A stretch of 62,942 nucleotides of DNA, filler included, from Fonticula-like sp. SCN 57-25 (Eukaryota): assembly GCA_001724245.1 (NCBI GenBank). It is 3 parts of 3 records of this genome, joined end to end, with 100 filler letters (N's around TTAATTAATTAA, not from the genome) between each part and the next. Parts side by side here need not be neighbours in the genome. Positions count along the whole stretch, not along the records: positions 1 to 21,173 come from MEDX01000086.1; 2 more parts are not named here. The stretch is one strand, 5' to 3'. The notes beneath the pieces are model-generated. The model was not told where the DNA came from and made no database searches. It saw only the letters and a list, made by a program, of their open reading frames with translations. The position numbers and the translations under genes are program-made. This document shows, piece by piece, positions 1 to 14,700 of this stretch. How positions within the stretch are numbered: the stretch's first letter is position 1; the number at the start of each line of letters is the position of its first letter.

Positions 1-202
1 AGCCGAGGCCACCGCCCCATTCACCGCCTCGCGTTTACGCCGGCTGAGATACAATAACCACGCCGAGCTCCCACAAAGCGCCCTACACCCACCCGTGGCG
101 ACGTCTGCACGCCCCATTCAAGATCGCGCGCCAACAGGGATCGTGCCGCGTTTTGTCCGCTTTATTGAACATGTGTGCTACGATGTATCGAAGGTACAGT
201 AA
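1..202 (+). CDS. possible 3' end of an unidentified gene (partial)
   Basis: An open frame from position 2 (AEATAPFTASRLRR...VCYDVSKVQ) ends in TAA at 200-202 and is followed by AT-rich UTR-like sequence. No motif is recognisable. Confidence 0.3.
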   Translation, partial: AEATAPFTASRLRRLRYNNHAELPQSALHPPVATSARPIQDRAPTGIVPRFVRFIEHVCYDVSKVQ

Positions 203-331
203 GGATAGTATGGAATACCATATATGCATGCTGGGCTGTAGCACAAATTGAATAATCATAATATACAATCAGGCCAATTTTACACTGACGTAACACGAAT
301 TGAATAAGCGCCCCAATCATGGAGGCAAAGG

Positions 332-2542
332 TTATCGACCAATCTGAGAAATCAAAAAAGAGAGAAACTCGGCAGAATGATGCGCATTTGCCTCGCTGCC
401 CCCCGTGGGGCCATAGTGGTCCCCCGATTCATCCGAGCGAATCAAAACTGGTCGATTTGCAAGGTAGCCGTCGGCGGCGCAGGCCTGCAGTTGCGCGCCA
501 TAAACGTGCGGCATCCACGGAGGCACACGGTAGTCTCCCTCCGCCGCGTACATCCAAATTGCTGCCAAGTGATGTTAAAATTACAATCACCAACATTCGC
601 ACGTTCAAAACGTACCAGGATACGCTGCGCTTCTATGAATGTTCTCCACTGGGCTAATGCTGCGCACATTCTCGCGAGCAACCGTATCGTTCAAAATATC
701 TCCCCACTCGGTAACATCCGTGGCTGCCAGCGGAAGCGACGGGTCACCCAGCCCGCCAATCAAGTCAACAAATGGCGATATCATCACAGCGGCGCGGAAC
801 GCAGACGGCGCTGAATTAATTGCGGCGCCAAGGAGCGCAGCTCCCGCACTGTGCGACATGGCGGCCACGCGGCCCCCTGACACGCCAGACAGATATTGAG
901 CAGCATTGAGCAGCTGATCAATCCGTTGCGTGTGTGCCAGGCCTCGAGCGGGCCCTTCTGCCACGTGTGCAAACACGATGCTCCACCCGCGCAACATCAG
1001 CGGAACAAATGAAAAGCGATAGTCGAGCGAAATCGGCTCGCCGTAGCAGCCGTATGATACGAGAAGAGCTGGCTGCTTGGCGCTGCCCGACGACGGTACA
1101 GGCTCCGTTCCAGCAATGGAGAGGGAAAGTTGCCCGGGAAGCGTAACCGTGTGCAGCCGTCCCTGCTCCTCGAGGACGGCGGCAATGCCAGGGTCGAGCT
1201 GCGATGCGCGCCCGCGATCATGCACAGTGCCAATCTCCAGATCAACATCAAGGGTGCGCGCCGCATGCACGGGTGACGAAAACAATAGGCGAACGTGCGG
1301 CGCATCATAGTCGGCGTTGGGGCCAAACGCCAGCGAGCCGACTGGCGGTAGGGAGAGGTCCGGGATCGATCGCTCGCCGGTGCGCAGATCAACGATGCAG
1401 AGCGTAGAGGCGCCCTTACTGAAAAAGCAAGCGCACTTTAGTCGCCTCAACAAAAAAAGCATACACGGAATCGCACCTTTTATAGATCACCGCCACATGA
1501 TTCCGAAACACAGTCGCATCGTCAACGAGATCAACCGACGCTCCCCTTGGTTTCGGCCCCGCCAGTTCGCGATCGCAGTGACCTATGACGCGTTAGCATG
1601 TCGGCGCGCAATAGAGAGCCCCTACCGCTTATCAATGCCGCCGGTGAGTCAGCGAGGACCACGCGAAGGTGTGAGCCGCCGCCCACATTGGTGACGGCTA
1701 CAAAGCCATGGTCCGTGTGCTCGACAAAAAGACGCGCGCCATCCACAAGCTCCGTCATAGGAACAAGGTTCACGAGAGAATGACCGTCGAATATAGAAAC
1801 CTAGAATACAGTGTCAGAAAGGTCGCGAAGGGAAACACGCTCATGTACCTTGCTCGTCGTCGGCGTGTTGCTGTTCACCATAAGAAATCGACCGTTCTTG
1901 GACCGTTGCACATCGACAACAAAGCGTGTGTCCTGCTCCTCGTAAAGCAGCCGCGGACCACGAGCGTCTCCGACCGCTAGTATATACACATGCGATGGGC
2001 GCTTGTCCGCGCCAAGCTGCGAAAACACCACATTCTTGCCGTCCGACGACCACTCGGCACTCACTACATCTCTAACAGGATCCGCAAGCCACTTTGAAGA
2101 CGTCATCGGCAGCTGCGACAGGAAAAGCGTCGAGCCCGAGGCATTCTCAACGCAAAACGCCCCTGCATCTTGGCGCGGCGTCAGTGACATGCGCGCCAGA
2201 TCGGCGCCATGAAATCGTGACCCCACAAAAACGGGCTCTCGCCGAGCAGCACCATCACGCCGCATCCTCCACACATCACCACTCGCTCCATCTGAGCTGT
2301 ACTCGTACACACCATTCTAGGCCTTCCGTCAGAAGACTAACACAGAAAAGCATAAGACGCACCGGCTCGGGCACGGCGCCGCCCCTCACCATCGCACCGA
2401 GCGCGAGATCGCGCATCTCTGAAACCAGCCCCCGATCCAACTGATCATAATATTGTGACACAATCTTGTTCTGCTGACGCATGGCAGCGGCTAGGGCTCT
2501 TGGCTGCCGGAGCGCTGCCCTCAGGGCGTCAACTCTGGACAT
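332..2542 (-). CDS. prolyl oligopeptidase family S9A (oligopeptidase B/PREPL-like), multi-exon
   Basis: Beta-propeller segments (AEWSSDGKNVVF, LLYEEQDTRFVVDV), the S9A motif PALLVSYGCYG, a nucleophile elbow AMSHSAGAALLGA, SPFVDL, EWGD, acid DYRV and His GDHYG, spread over ORFs 2276-2548, 1801-2310, 1531-1773, 605-1462 and 332-568. Confidence 0.85.
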
Positions 2543-2785
2543 CAGCACAACGAACGCTGCATGAACGATTCACCGCGGGCGAGAACACAGCGACAACACG
2601 TGATTGAAAAGTGACGGTGCAAAATGTACCAAGAACAAAGCCCTACAACGCCTAACCTGCGCTTGACAGGGGAGCTATCAGAGGTGAATGGGCACACAGC
2701 GCAAATCTGCACCAGCTGTTGGTGACTGAAATTGAATGAAATGTATTGAAAAATTAATGAAAAGCTACATCTATAAACGCTCGCT

Positions 2786-5700
2786 TCATGCATTTGAATC
2801 GAGCGCGCGTGAGACCTGGCGGTAGATCGCCTTGAGGTGCTCCATCGAATTTTGGGCCATTTTCTCCGTAAACGCCGAGAACGAGCTGGCGGGCACAAAC
2901 GCGTGCATGGAAGGGTACTTGTTGTCGTTCCCCTTGAGGACCTCGAGCGAGTTGACACCCGGGTACTGGTTGCAGAGCGTCAAGGCAACCTCAAAGAGGT
3001 ACTCGTAAAGGTCAGTCAGGTCGTCCCTCGCGGCGTCTGCGGGAATCCCCTGAGTCTGCAGGCTCCTATCATTTTCGGGGACATCGCGGAGCTCGTGCAG
3101 TTTTGAATGGAGGCGGCTACGCGTGGCCTTTTCCAAGGCGTCCTTGCAAGCGTCGGATTGGAGGATATGGTACGGCATGCGGCGAAGGATGGCAGCGTCA
3201 GCCGGGGGGAGGGTGCACTCCGGAAGCAGGTCCGCAAGGCCCAAGTGCTCAATCGTCCACTGGTTCGGCGACGCAGTGCGCGTCTGGTTCGACTTGACGG
3301 CGTTCGCAATAACACCCTTGATGTCCGAGATGTACACGAACGTCGTCGTCAGGTCCTCCACGGCGGCCCGCGCGAGGAAGGCGGAGAAGTCGCCAGGCAG
3401 CACCAGGGTCTGGGCCGACGACGACGGCGGCGGAGGCAAAATTTCTGACGCGCGTCTCTGCGAGACTGTACCTTCCGCGGCAGCGCTCACGAAAACAGCA
3501 TCGGTCTATAGGCGGCAACGTGAGCACGTGCTCAAGCACATGAGATAATCTGTGTCAACGTACCGGCCGTTGGTATGCGCCTCTGACGTTGGAGAGCTGG
3601 CCGAGCAGCGCCGAAATGCCGGCGGCGCGCTCGTCGTTCTGGAACAGCTCACCAATCTCGGGCACTGCAAACTGCGACAGCTTGCCGTCGCCCACGATGG
3701 CAGCGAGCTGCTGCTCGGTGGGCGAGAGGTCGGCCGGAATGGACTCGAGCAGCCGCGCGTCGTCACCAGGCAAGTCGCCAACGTCCTTGGCAAGCTGGCG
3801 CAGGTGGGAGAGCGCCACCAGCCATGCGTGCATGTCTTTGGGCGAGGACTCGGCGCGGCGGAGGCTCTCCGCCACAAAGTGCAGTCGAACAATGCGGCTG
3901 ACCATGCTCGCCACAACGGACGACGAGCTCAGGTGATCATCGAGGCAAATGGTGCGGGCGACCGGCTCGCGAACTAGCGAATCTGTGTTAAAAAACATGC
4001 GCGGCGGCATCCATGGCATCCGTACTAAATCCTCCGCTCGCGAGGGGCGGCAAGTACGTAAAGAGCGACTTGAATTTGGCGTCAGCCTGCATGCCGTTCA
4101 TCATTGCGATGCGAGAAAAGGCCGTCGTGCTCGGGGGCAAGTTGCGCGCCAGCAAGCGCGCGACGTCGACATTGACGGTATCCGCGAGCGGCGGCGCGTA
4201 GGCTTCCCACGCGTTCTCGGCAGCAAGGATGTCGTTGAAGGCCTGGTGTGCGCTCGTGCTGAGAGACGCGACAGTATCGCCCTTGGTCAGCGCAGAGTAA
4301 AAGGCTGGGTGCGTGCGCAGGCTAAAAAGAGAAAAAAGGCAAAGAGGTCAGGCCAAGAGCATCGCCAAATAAATTGCGCGTACGTGGCCGGCACGGGCAT
4401 GCACTGTACGCTGGTGATTCCCTCCTCTTTAGCATTAATCAGAAGGGGCGGCATCTCGGCGTCGCGGATCAGGCGCAGCGCGGCGCCATACCTTTCGGGC
4501 GACTGCTGGACGGCATAGAGATAGTCCACGGCGAATGAGAGAAGCATGCTGCTGATGACGTTGCGCAAGCTCAAGAAAATCATGTGGTTAAACTTGAGGT
4601 CTAGCTTGCGCGAGAAAATGGGGTCGATGGAAGCCTTCCTGTCACTGCCGTTGGCACTGCTTTGCTCCGCCACCGCGGCCTGCCACGGATACTGAGGCTC
4701 TGTCTGGCGCAGAGCGGACACGAGGCGGCCAAACAGGGCGTCCGTCACCTCGGGACGGCGCAGCATATCTCCGATGTTTTGCAACGGCAACGAAGACCCT
4801 TGGATCGAAATATTTGCCAATACCCGCTTGACAAGCCTGGTCTTGAACTCGTCAATTCCCGCATCATTTCTTTCAAGCGCTTTCTTCAGCACATCCGCGC
4901 GCTCAAGCGCGAGCAGGTCGCTGCGTCGACAAAAAGTTAGATTAACATAAACATAACAAGACAGAAGACGAACCGGATCGGGAACGTAAGCCGATGCAGG
5001 TGCTCCAGGGTAACAGGGTCCCAGCCACCGAAAAAGTTGAGGCTCCAATCAGCATTGAGCTTCGCGTCTGCGATGGAAGGAACGGTCATGACAACGGCAA
5101 TAACGCGGTTCACCGCGCCGAATTGCTTGGCCTTGCGAATGGCTTCATCAACGCAGTGGCAGATGAACGAGACCTTCTTGCTGTCCTGGCGGCCGTCGCA
5201 GCGAATAACAAGCGAATGCACCTCCTTGTTCTTATTCTCGACAAACGCCATGACCCTGGACTCGAGCTCGGTCTCGCGGGTAATCTCGGAAATCTCGACA
5301 ATAACGGTGCCTTGGGCTGCCTCGGGGGGTTTGAAGAGCGGAGTCGAAATAGGCGACTTGGTCAGCACGACCTTGCGCGCAATGCGGGCTGTACTGTCGG
5401 CAACACGCGCGCCGGCCACGGAACCCTCGCGAACAAGGTGCACTTCCGAAAGCGTCGGCGCAGACGACCTCGAATGCTCGAGCAGACCAGCAAGGTCATC
5501 AAAGGGATGCGACTCCGAGTACGCGTTGAGGAATTGTGTCCGCATTTCCGCAGCACCGCGACAAAGAACCGCGGATTCGGGCCACATGAGCGACGAGAGC
5601 AAATTAAAGGCGTGCGTATACTGCTCCTCCGAGGATGCAGAAGGATACTTGCGAACGACAACAGAGGCGATGGAAGGCAGCATCATATTCTCCGAAAAGC

Positions 5701-8700
5701 CTGCAAATGTCACTTCGTTCTTACGCGCCAACATCTTCCCCTCTGTGGTCTTGGCCATGCGAAGCCTCGTGATCGTTGTCTTGAGCTTAGAGAGAATATC
5801 AGTCTCCGCAGGCGTTCTGGTGAGCATATCCCACGACACAATGTGCTTCTCAAAGCGGTTGAGGAAGGGCGGCTGCAGGGAAGGAACGTCGCTTGAAGAC
5901 ACCATCACAATACAGCGGAAATTCTCATGAACGACTTGCCAGGGGCTCGAGTACTGGCCGTGAGCAATGTGACAGCATGCTTGCTGGCCAATAAGCTGGT
6001 AGTTCTGGTTCAGCATATCGTAGAGCGCGCCGTAGAGCCGGTCCAGCGACTTGAGGACGACAATGTCGCCGTTCTTCATGCACTCAATCACGCGTGACAC
6101 CTGGCGGAGCACGTAATCATCGCCAGCATCGGCCGGTAGCGGGCTTCCGTGCAAGACAACAAGCTCGGGCCTGCGAGTCTGATGTGCAGGCATATCAAGC
6201 ATACCCAAGAGGGGAACACTGTTGTTTGACTCTGAGATAAGAAGCAGATGCCGAGCCTGTTTGTCCGCCCAATTCATCCGGATGAGCTCCATCGTCGAAA
6301 GTGCGGGATCGGCCTTAAAACCAGGCAAAGGCCCCGCGATGTCTGCAACCACGGCTTCCCTCATGTCATATGCCATCTTCCCCTTACTCATGTCCTACTC
6401 GATTTTAGCATTGCAACATGTCGTTCGCAGACGCGTACCCTGCCACCAAAGTTGCGATCCATCAGCGTGATGATTTGGGAAATGACCTGCTCCGGACGAG
6501 GGTTGCTACCTAGCGCTCCGGCAATGCTCCGGAACATGGAGTAAAAGTCACGGTTGCCGTGAAAATTCGCATTCTCAGTTGCCTGGGTGTACTTGAGGTA
6601 TGCCTTGCTCAGAATTCTACGACGAGAAAAAATGCACATTAGAAAACAAAACCAAACATCAACCAAGACATACCCTGCAAACGTCTTAAACACCTCGCGG
6701 TTCCTGTCGGTCATGGTTACGTTCTTGGTGAACTCTGTCGCGGTTTTGATCAGGTCCTCCTGCGACGGGTCAGAAAGACTGATATGGACAGCGCGGTTCA
6801 TCTTGGCGGCATCGAGCGACCAATTACTGATTCCGACGACCGCCACGCGAGAAGAGTCGCCCGTTTGCCTCGAGCTGATGCTCTGTTCCAGCTTGGAGTG
6901 GAGCACCTTGAGCGGGTTGTGACGCGAGACGTCGGCAAGACCAACTTCGTCCAACAATACCACCGGCTGCTGCTTTGTGTTGTTCTTCAGAAGGCTCTCG
7001 GCCTTTGCGAAAATCTGCGAAACATTCAGACTTAGCACTAAAGTGGAGCGTAGAAAACGGAAGACGCACCTGCAACACGCCCTGGGACGTTGCAGTCTCT
7101 GTCCCCTGGAACGAATAGACGGAGATCGGAGTTATCTTCTTGACAAAGCCGTTGCCCGGCGAATTCGAATTGAGGTTGTTGCGAATGATCTGCATGGAGA
7201 GCGACTTGCTGCTGCCCGGCTTTCCAACGAGGAATACGGGCATCTTGAGCTGGATGCAGGTTGTCAAGATGAACACGTTCTCCAGCAACGCGCGGTTCTT
7301 CGCTGTCGTGCCAACGTTGGCAAGGTACATGTGGTCGATAAGGCCCCTCTGGTAGAACTGGCAAATCCTGGAAAAGGAAACAATGAGTCAAAGTGCAGAA
7401 AGAAACGTGTATAAACGCACTTCATAAACCGGGAATTCTCATATTCCTCAGCCTCACCCGAACCAAACAGAGGCGGAACGGTGATGAATTCCTTAAGTTG
7501 GTTCCACATCATCTGGATAAGTGAAAGGCGGTCCTCGATCCAGTGCAGACGAGCCACATAGCCCACGAACAATGCCAAAAAGAGCGGGCGAAGTTCATGG
7601 AGGGTAGGGAACTGCGCGATTAGCGGATCGGCGCCAAAGGATGTGGCGACGTCATCCTCCTGACAGGTAAAGTGCTGGTAGAGTTCGCTAAAGCGGGCCA
7701 CATCGCGAAGACTCACATTGTACGGCTCCATAAACTTGTCGCGGATCACGTCATGCGCAACGGCGACGATCCGTGCAAGATGCACGTTGCTCAATTTGGT
7801 GCTGCGGTACTTGAGCTGACCCATGCTTCCCTCGATGTACTTGAGCTCGTCTGCGCTTGTGAGCGCGCCAAAATCCCAGATATATTGGAACATAATTTCG
7901 GGCAGCGGCTGGACAGTGTACACCAACTTGGACATCTAAATGATGACGGTTACTAATCACAGCGAAAAAAACGAATCATCGCATACCTTGTTGGCAATGT
8001 CCTTTGGGGGCTCCAGACCCGCAAGGGGGCGCTTTGGCGTTTCCGCCTTGAGCTTGTAAGGGTTGCAAGCGCCGAGGAAGGTCAGGTTATGCGGGAGCGG
8101 CTGCGACATGTACGACCGGTGGCAGAGGACATCGTTGATGAGGCCCAGGTGACTACACGTGTTGATCTCGTCCAAAAAGACCCAGAGCTCACTGAATTAA
8201 AGCGTCAGCAAAAGAGCAATATCAAATGAAATTTCGTACTCATTGGTCGCCCGCGCCTCCTTGATCTTCTGCTCAATAAGGGCGTGAAGCGACTCCTCGG
8301 TGGTGCCCGCGTGGATATCGCGAACCTCAAAGGTTGCGTGGACAATGTTAGACAAGAATCGAACCAAACTGGTCTTGCCGCAACCTGTCTCGCCCATAAT
8401 GATCACAGGGATGCGCGAGCGGATTCGCAAAAGCACCATGCACATCTTTGTAAAGTTGTCATTCGTGAGCTGGTAGGCGTTGAGCTCAGCCGGAAGACGA
8501 GCTATTAAAGCAACAAAAATGAGCATAAGAACCGCGAATCTTGTTCGCAAATGCATACCATCAGGATTGTCGCAGATACACTTAAGAGCATCCAAATAAT
8601 CCGCATGATCTTTCATCTGCTGCTTGCCCATAATACCAGTCAAGAATGCGCGCAAGTTGGCGTCCTTAACTTGTGACATGTCGCCGATGACAGTGACCGT

Positions 8701-11700
8701 GGTGCGGCGCATGCCGTGGAACAGGAGCAGCGGGGTCTTGCGAGCGTCGTCGAACGTCTTAAAGGTCTGGAGACGCGATTCCGTGGAAACTTCGCCAGCG
8801 GCATTCCTCTGTAGCGCCTGAGCATCCGATGAAGAGGGTAGCATCAAAGAGATGGTCGACTGGAAAGGGAATGAAATGAGTGACACGCGGTGAGAGATGA
8901 CGCAGCGCAGCGTACCGCAAGAATCTGGTCGACGACAAGTGATCGCATTTTTGATTGGCCCTGGCTCAGCAAGTTCTGCACCGAAAAGAACTCACTGCTC
9001 GCGAAACGAAGCAGCTATGCAGCACATAAACGTCAGCCAATCCGCAAATGTTCCCTGTCAGCAGCGTACCATGTGGCTGCACATGCGAATCACCGACGTA
9101 ACAAGTGCAACTGTCGGCACGGCGTTTCTACCGGCAATCGCTTCATGGACGTGCTTGAAAATCAGCTCCCTTGCGCGGTCAGGTGCGGGCAAACTACGGG
9201 CCGGTCCCTAACACAAGGAGGAAAGTCGTAAGAACAGCGGAATAGCGAGGTCAATTCATACCGGTGCCCCACGAGAATAAATGTCGCTCTGATCGACGAG
9301 AGTGCGCGAGTCGTCGATGCGGAAAGCAAACTCGGTGCGTCCAGTTTTATCAAAGGAAGGTCCTTCAGCGCGCGCATGCAAAAAGTTGGCGACAACTGCA
9401 TTCGGGCTGGTGGGCAGCGAAGATACGCCAAAGCCTGCTTCCACCATCACGGCCTTGTTCTCATTCCAAACGAGCGGCTTCTTCTCGCGGGAAAGGTGAT
9501 GAAGGCACGACAGTTCACTCCAAAGAGGCGGCTCCCCGCCAGCAGCAACTTCAATCATCAACTCCATGAACTCTGAAAAAATGGCCGTCTTTCCTTGAGC
9601 AGAGACATGCCCGAGCATGATGAATTCGAGAAGCGTGTTGTTGAGCGTTGGCGCGTCCGCGACAGCCTGGATATCCAGATGAACACTGCAGTTGACGCCA
9701 AGCCTCAGGGATGAAAACGAGTTGACAAACTTTTGGCGCGCGTTCTCGCCGGACAGTGGAATGTACGCCGAAGCCTACACCATACAACGTTTAGGGATGC
9801 TCAGAAATCCAAATAAGCGTACCTTGCGCGGGCTGCTCGTGAGCTGCAGCTCGCGGATATAGGTTGATTTGCCCGTGCCAGCGTGGCTGGAATAAAATAC
9901 ATGAACGCGCGCAAGACCCTTGGCGAAAAGGGACTGCTGCAAATCCATGATCGATACGCTCTTGAGTAGCTGGTCAACTTCGGGCTCCTCCATGTGCTTG
10001 ATACCCTGCTCGTCAAACAGCAGATGCTGCCCCTTGCCGTCGCGGTCATCATCGGAAACGTACGGAAGTGACAGGACACAGAGCCGCCTGTTCTTGATGT
10101 TCTCCGAAATCAACCTCGCAAGCAGGTCGCGACACTTGTTCGACAGGGCCTCTCCATTAACAAGACTACCAAGATACGTACGGTTAGTCCAGACAACAAG
10201 ATAGGAGGCCGAACGCACCAAAAGAGGCGCGTGGGCTGCTTGTTGCAGCGGTTGAAGAAAATCTTCAACTCGTCTTCCGTCATCTCTGAGTGCGCAAACA
10301 ACAACTATAGCGCAATGTGAGACATGAAGCGAGTCGCTGGATAATGCGCGTACCTCGCCGGGAAGCGGAGGCGATAGAGCCTTGTTGTAGACAGCCATGA
10401 TGGCGGCATACATATCCGGTGCTCTGCCCACCTTCAGGTAGTTTGTCCCGTCCCAGTACTGCGAGGTCCCGGAAGTAAGAGGGCATCGATCGCAAAGGAC
10501 GCTGACAAACACCGACGCTGCAGCGAGAGATGCGCCGCTGGCGGTAGACCAGGCCTGCAATTGGACAGCAGTGAGGACCTTCTTTAGCGACATAGTGGAA
10601 GGTGCAGAAGGAGGTGTCAAACTGCCCTTGGAATCATGAATCGCCTTCTCGATGTTGGCGAGCGTGATGTTGTGACGCGCGCCGTGCGCGTAACGGAACA
10701 TCTGCTCCATGTCGTTCTTGGGATTCGGATCGCTGGAATAAGCAATCTTGCGTGCGAGAGCGCCAATGTTCTGATTGCAACACAAACGTTAAAATAAAAA
10801 CCATACAATACCATGCCATACCATGATCTGAACTGAAGTGAAGTAGTTCAATGTAGGAGCATCCTTTCGAGCAGCGTCGACTCCTTTCTCGTGGCGCTCA
10901 GCAATCTTCTTAAGATTATCCTGCAAGTTGGCAACATCCGTGGAATCCTGGCGAAGATCGATAGTCTCGTTGCGAAGGCCCGCAGCAAAAAGCGGCTCGC
11001 CGGCATCCTTGAGCTTGCACAGTAGTTCGATAATGTCGCTCAACGACTGCATCATCTGGGTAAACGTATCCAGGTCCATGTACTGGTCGTTGTTGCCAAG
11101 GACCTTGCGGCTACGAAGCAACAAAACTCGGCTTCTAAAGTCCTCCAGCTCGCTAGCAAAGATGCCGAAATCCTTTGACTCGGTGGCGCGCGGATTGTCA
11201 ACATTGAACTTGATCCAACCCTTTTCCAGGATCACCTTCACGCGCTTGATGGTGGTCTCCTCACTAAGTTCGCGCAAAAAAAAGTTAGAAGCCGATATAC
11301 TCTAACCGACTTGAAAGCGCACTTTGACTCGTTGCTGACCGCATCCGTGATGCTGGTAATGAGTGATTGACATTGGAGCAGATCTGGCTCGTGGCCCTCG
11401 GTCAAGAACTTGGACAGCTGCGGGAGGACTTGCTTCGACGACACTAACACCGTGCATCAGAAATACGAGCACAAATATTATAAACGCACGCTTGGCGTCC
11501 ATGACTGGAATGATGCCAAGGACGATGCTGATAAACTGCTGCATAGTGTGGTGCTGCACGACGTTGTCGTCAATCTCATTAAGCCAATTGGTCTGGCGAA
11601 GCGAATCTTTCTTCCCTTTAATAAGAGCCATCAACGGGTCAGCCTGGTGCAGGGCGAGGAAAGTTGACGTGGCCGAGTCGAGCCTGTCGGTGGAAATTTG

Positions 11701-14700
11701 CTAAACATTTGGTTAGTAATACTAATCGAAGCACGGCATTTCGCACCGACGCCAGCCAAGAAGCGGCTTGGTATACGTTTTGCACTGACTCGTCGTTCAC
11801 CTTCTGTACTCGGAAAATATACGTCAACATCAAACGCAAAAGAATCTGGTATTGTGGCCCGTACCTGCGCGTTTGCGTTCAGCTCGCTGATGTACTGCGC
11901 ATCGGCCGACGACGCGAAGAACGTAATGGCCCACTTGGCAGCTTCAAAGAGCTGGCGCCACCGCGCGGCGTCGCGTGCAATGCACAAGCGTTGAATGGCA
12001 ACATTAGAATAGGGCTTTAGCTTGAAGTGCTTGACAAACACATCGAGGTGGCTCGGCGAAAAGTTGCTGTCAAAGCAGTGGAGGTCGGAAAGGGTAACCG
12101 ACGCATCCTTCTCATCCGCCAGCTTTTCAATCAAAGACTTTAGTTGATTGGTCATTGTCTTGACAACAGAGTCGAGCTGCTTCAGGGATACGGCTGCGAC
12201 GGGTAGATTAGCGTCACGCCAGCGAATATTAACAACGTACGCTGCATTCCTTCAACATAGCGATCGACAAACGCTTTGAAAACGGCCGATTTAGCGAATG
12301 TAGCTTGCAATGAGGCTAGCTCCTCTTGTTGCTTCGTCAGCACAAAGCGGCTCCGCAAATCGGCCACGGTCATTCCATTATCCTAGAAAGGCATGTTAAA
12401 AAAGGCATGAAAACAAAGGGAACATACGGCCTTGGCAAGCTCTTTTTCCACCTCAAGGGAAGCACTGAGGAAGGAGCGAGTGAGGTCAATGTAGCTCCGC
12501 ATGCTCTCCCTGCGAACGTCGGCAGCAGCAATGATATCCGATGCGGATTGGACACCGGCTGCCAAACCTGCAGCAGAAATATTCGCAAAGAGCGGATACT
12601 TGTAGAATGACTCGATCGTCGAAATGCGTTGGGAAAGATATATCATATTGTCTTTAGAAACGTCGAGGCACCCATTGCAAATACGCTGGCATTCCTTCTG
12701 CAGGGCTGACACAATGCTCTCAACAAGCTTGAGCTGATTAGGCATAGGAGAGTTTGAACCATATTTGCTCACAAGCGCTTTCCAGTCCTTGAGGCTCACG
12801 GAGCAAAGAAGGCGGATGGCATCAGCCTGGGCAGTCAAGCGGCTCATCAAGAATTGCAAGGAGTCAAAAGCGTTCCGGCCCGGGATTTTGAAGATCTCCA
12901 CAAGGCGCTCCAGCACAAATTCCGTGGCCAAGGCATTCTGCATGACGATACTACCACTGCTCGGATCGCAAAGACGAGAAACATCAGCAACGATGTTGGG
13001 AACCAGAATGTGAAAGCGAATCAGCTTCTCTTGCAGTTTCGGCAACACTGTTCTGTAAAGCAAGCCGTCCTCGGTAGAAAGCATCACGGCAGGAAGCAGT
13101 GAAGAAGGGGCGACCGAGCGAACTATCTCCTCAAACTCGGACCTGATAAAGCCCGTAAACCAGTCGCCCGCAACATACAGCAACCTATTCAAGATCCTCA
13201 CACATGCATCCTGCTCTCTGAGTGAAACGGGTTGGAGTGAAGCGGGTGAAGCTTGGAACAGCATCAACATTGATTCTTTTCCCAACCTCGCCAAGGATTT
13301 TTCGGTCGAATCCTTCAAAAACGCCACCTGGTCAGCAAGACGCTTCCTCTGATCAATGAAATGCAAGGCAGCATTCCTATCCTTGATCCTATCACAAAGC
13401 TGCTCCACGTAGAAAACGTCCAGTCCGGCAGAATGCTCCTCGTATGCAACATGAAGAACAGCCAGCGGGAAGGAGAGCCCCAAAAAATGCATGCAGGCGG
13501 CCATGCTATCAACAAGCTTCCATAGGGCAGCTTGATCGAAGGAGGCTGCGTTCGGGTTGCCTGCGTCCATAATAGTAACGAGCATTGAAATAACGCCTTC
13601 CCACGCCGGCTGACCAACATAGCGTTCGGACGAAAAGTGTTCGCACGCGCGTAGAAGTTGTGGAAGCACATTTGACAGCCGCTCCAGCAGTTGGGGCTTG
13701 ACCAGGACTTCTGCACAAAGAGAGTTTGCGCAGTTCACGGCACCAGATAACACATGATGATCCAACGTAGTATTGCGACCTTCCTGCAAAACCTTTTCGA
13801 TGACATGAAAGGCGACGGCCTCAGGGATTCTCATCCTACCCTGCAACAGGTAGGCGAGGAAAAGTGGGTTCACTGTCAGAAGCGGATCGGGCTGATCGGG
13901 CCGATCGGGTTGACGCGACAAAAACTCGAGCAGACCTCGGACATAGTTGTGGGAGCTGATGCTCTGCAAAATATTGGGCGCATATTCAGAGCTCGAAATC
14001 ACCGACCGGTTCAAGACGCTCGCCGCAAAATTCTGAGCGGCACCAAGCCAATTCGATCCAGCGCGGTTATACTCGGCAGCGTAGTTTGTTGCGTACGCGA
14101 GCGCGTCATAGACGGCGGAAGCCATCCCCACATCATCATGCTGGGCAGCATAGGGATGGATTGTCACCAAAGAAGCCGGACGCGCCTTGAAGAACTGTGT
14201 ACCACGGCTGGAGTGCATTGTCACATCCACGTCTTTCTTGTTCAAGTATGAAGTCGGGATCAATAGACGGTGCACACTCACATTATCATCATCCGATGCA
14301 AACACCTGCGTGCTCTTTTCGATTCTCCTCTCGTTGGTCGTGCAACTGTGCAGCGAAGAGTCGCCAATCACATAGAGGAGGAGGTGCATGCGAGCAGGGA
14401 CGACGAGCGTGATATCATTCGAAGGAGTGGGGTGAGTGAGAACCGAGTTGCGAGACGCGCAGTAGCCTTGTGTATCCACGGCGAACGACACCTTGTAGGA
14501 TCCAACTTCCGACAACTGAATCGGAAAGTTCACCTTCAGTATTTCGCCTTGATCAAACATGCCGTCGACGACAAAAGAGGTGCCGCCTTCATGCTTCACG
14601 GTAGCAGAACACTTCCACTTGTTTCTCACCAGATTTCTAAACGACTTGTCCATCGTGATGAAAAGAGTGCATGCCAACGGCTCGTCAATATTAATCGCTT

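Noticed and set aside
4994-5930. Long plus-strand ORFs (300 and 297 aa), and similar ones at 23736-24808, 35208-36161 and 58080-58934
   Set aside because: These are antisense or off-frame shadows of GC-rich real genes, with no motifs.
2786-12400. Many stops and frame changes suggesting a pseudogene or alternative genetic code
   Set aside because: Breaks checked coincide with short GT-AG introns that have branch-point motifs, and the standard code gives intact conserved motifs.
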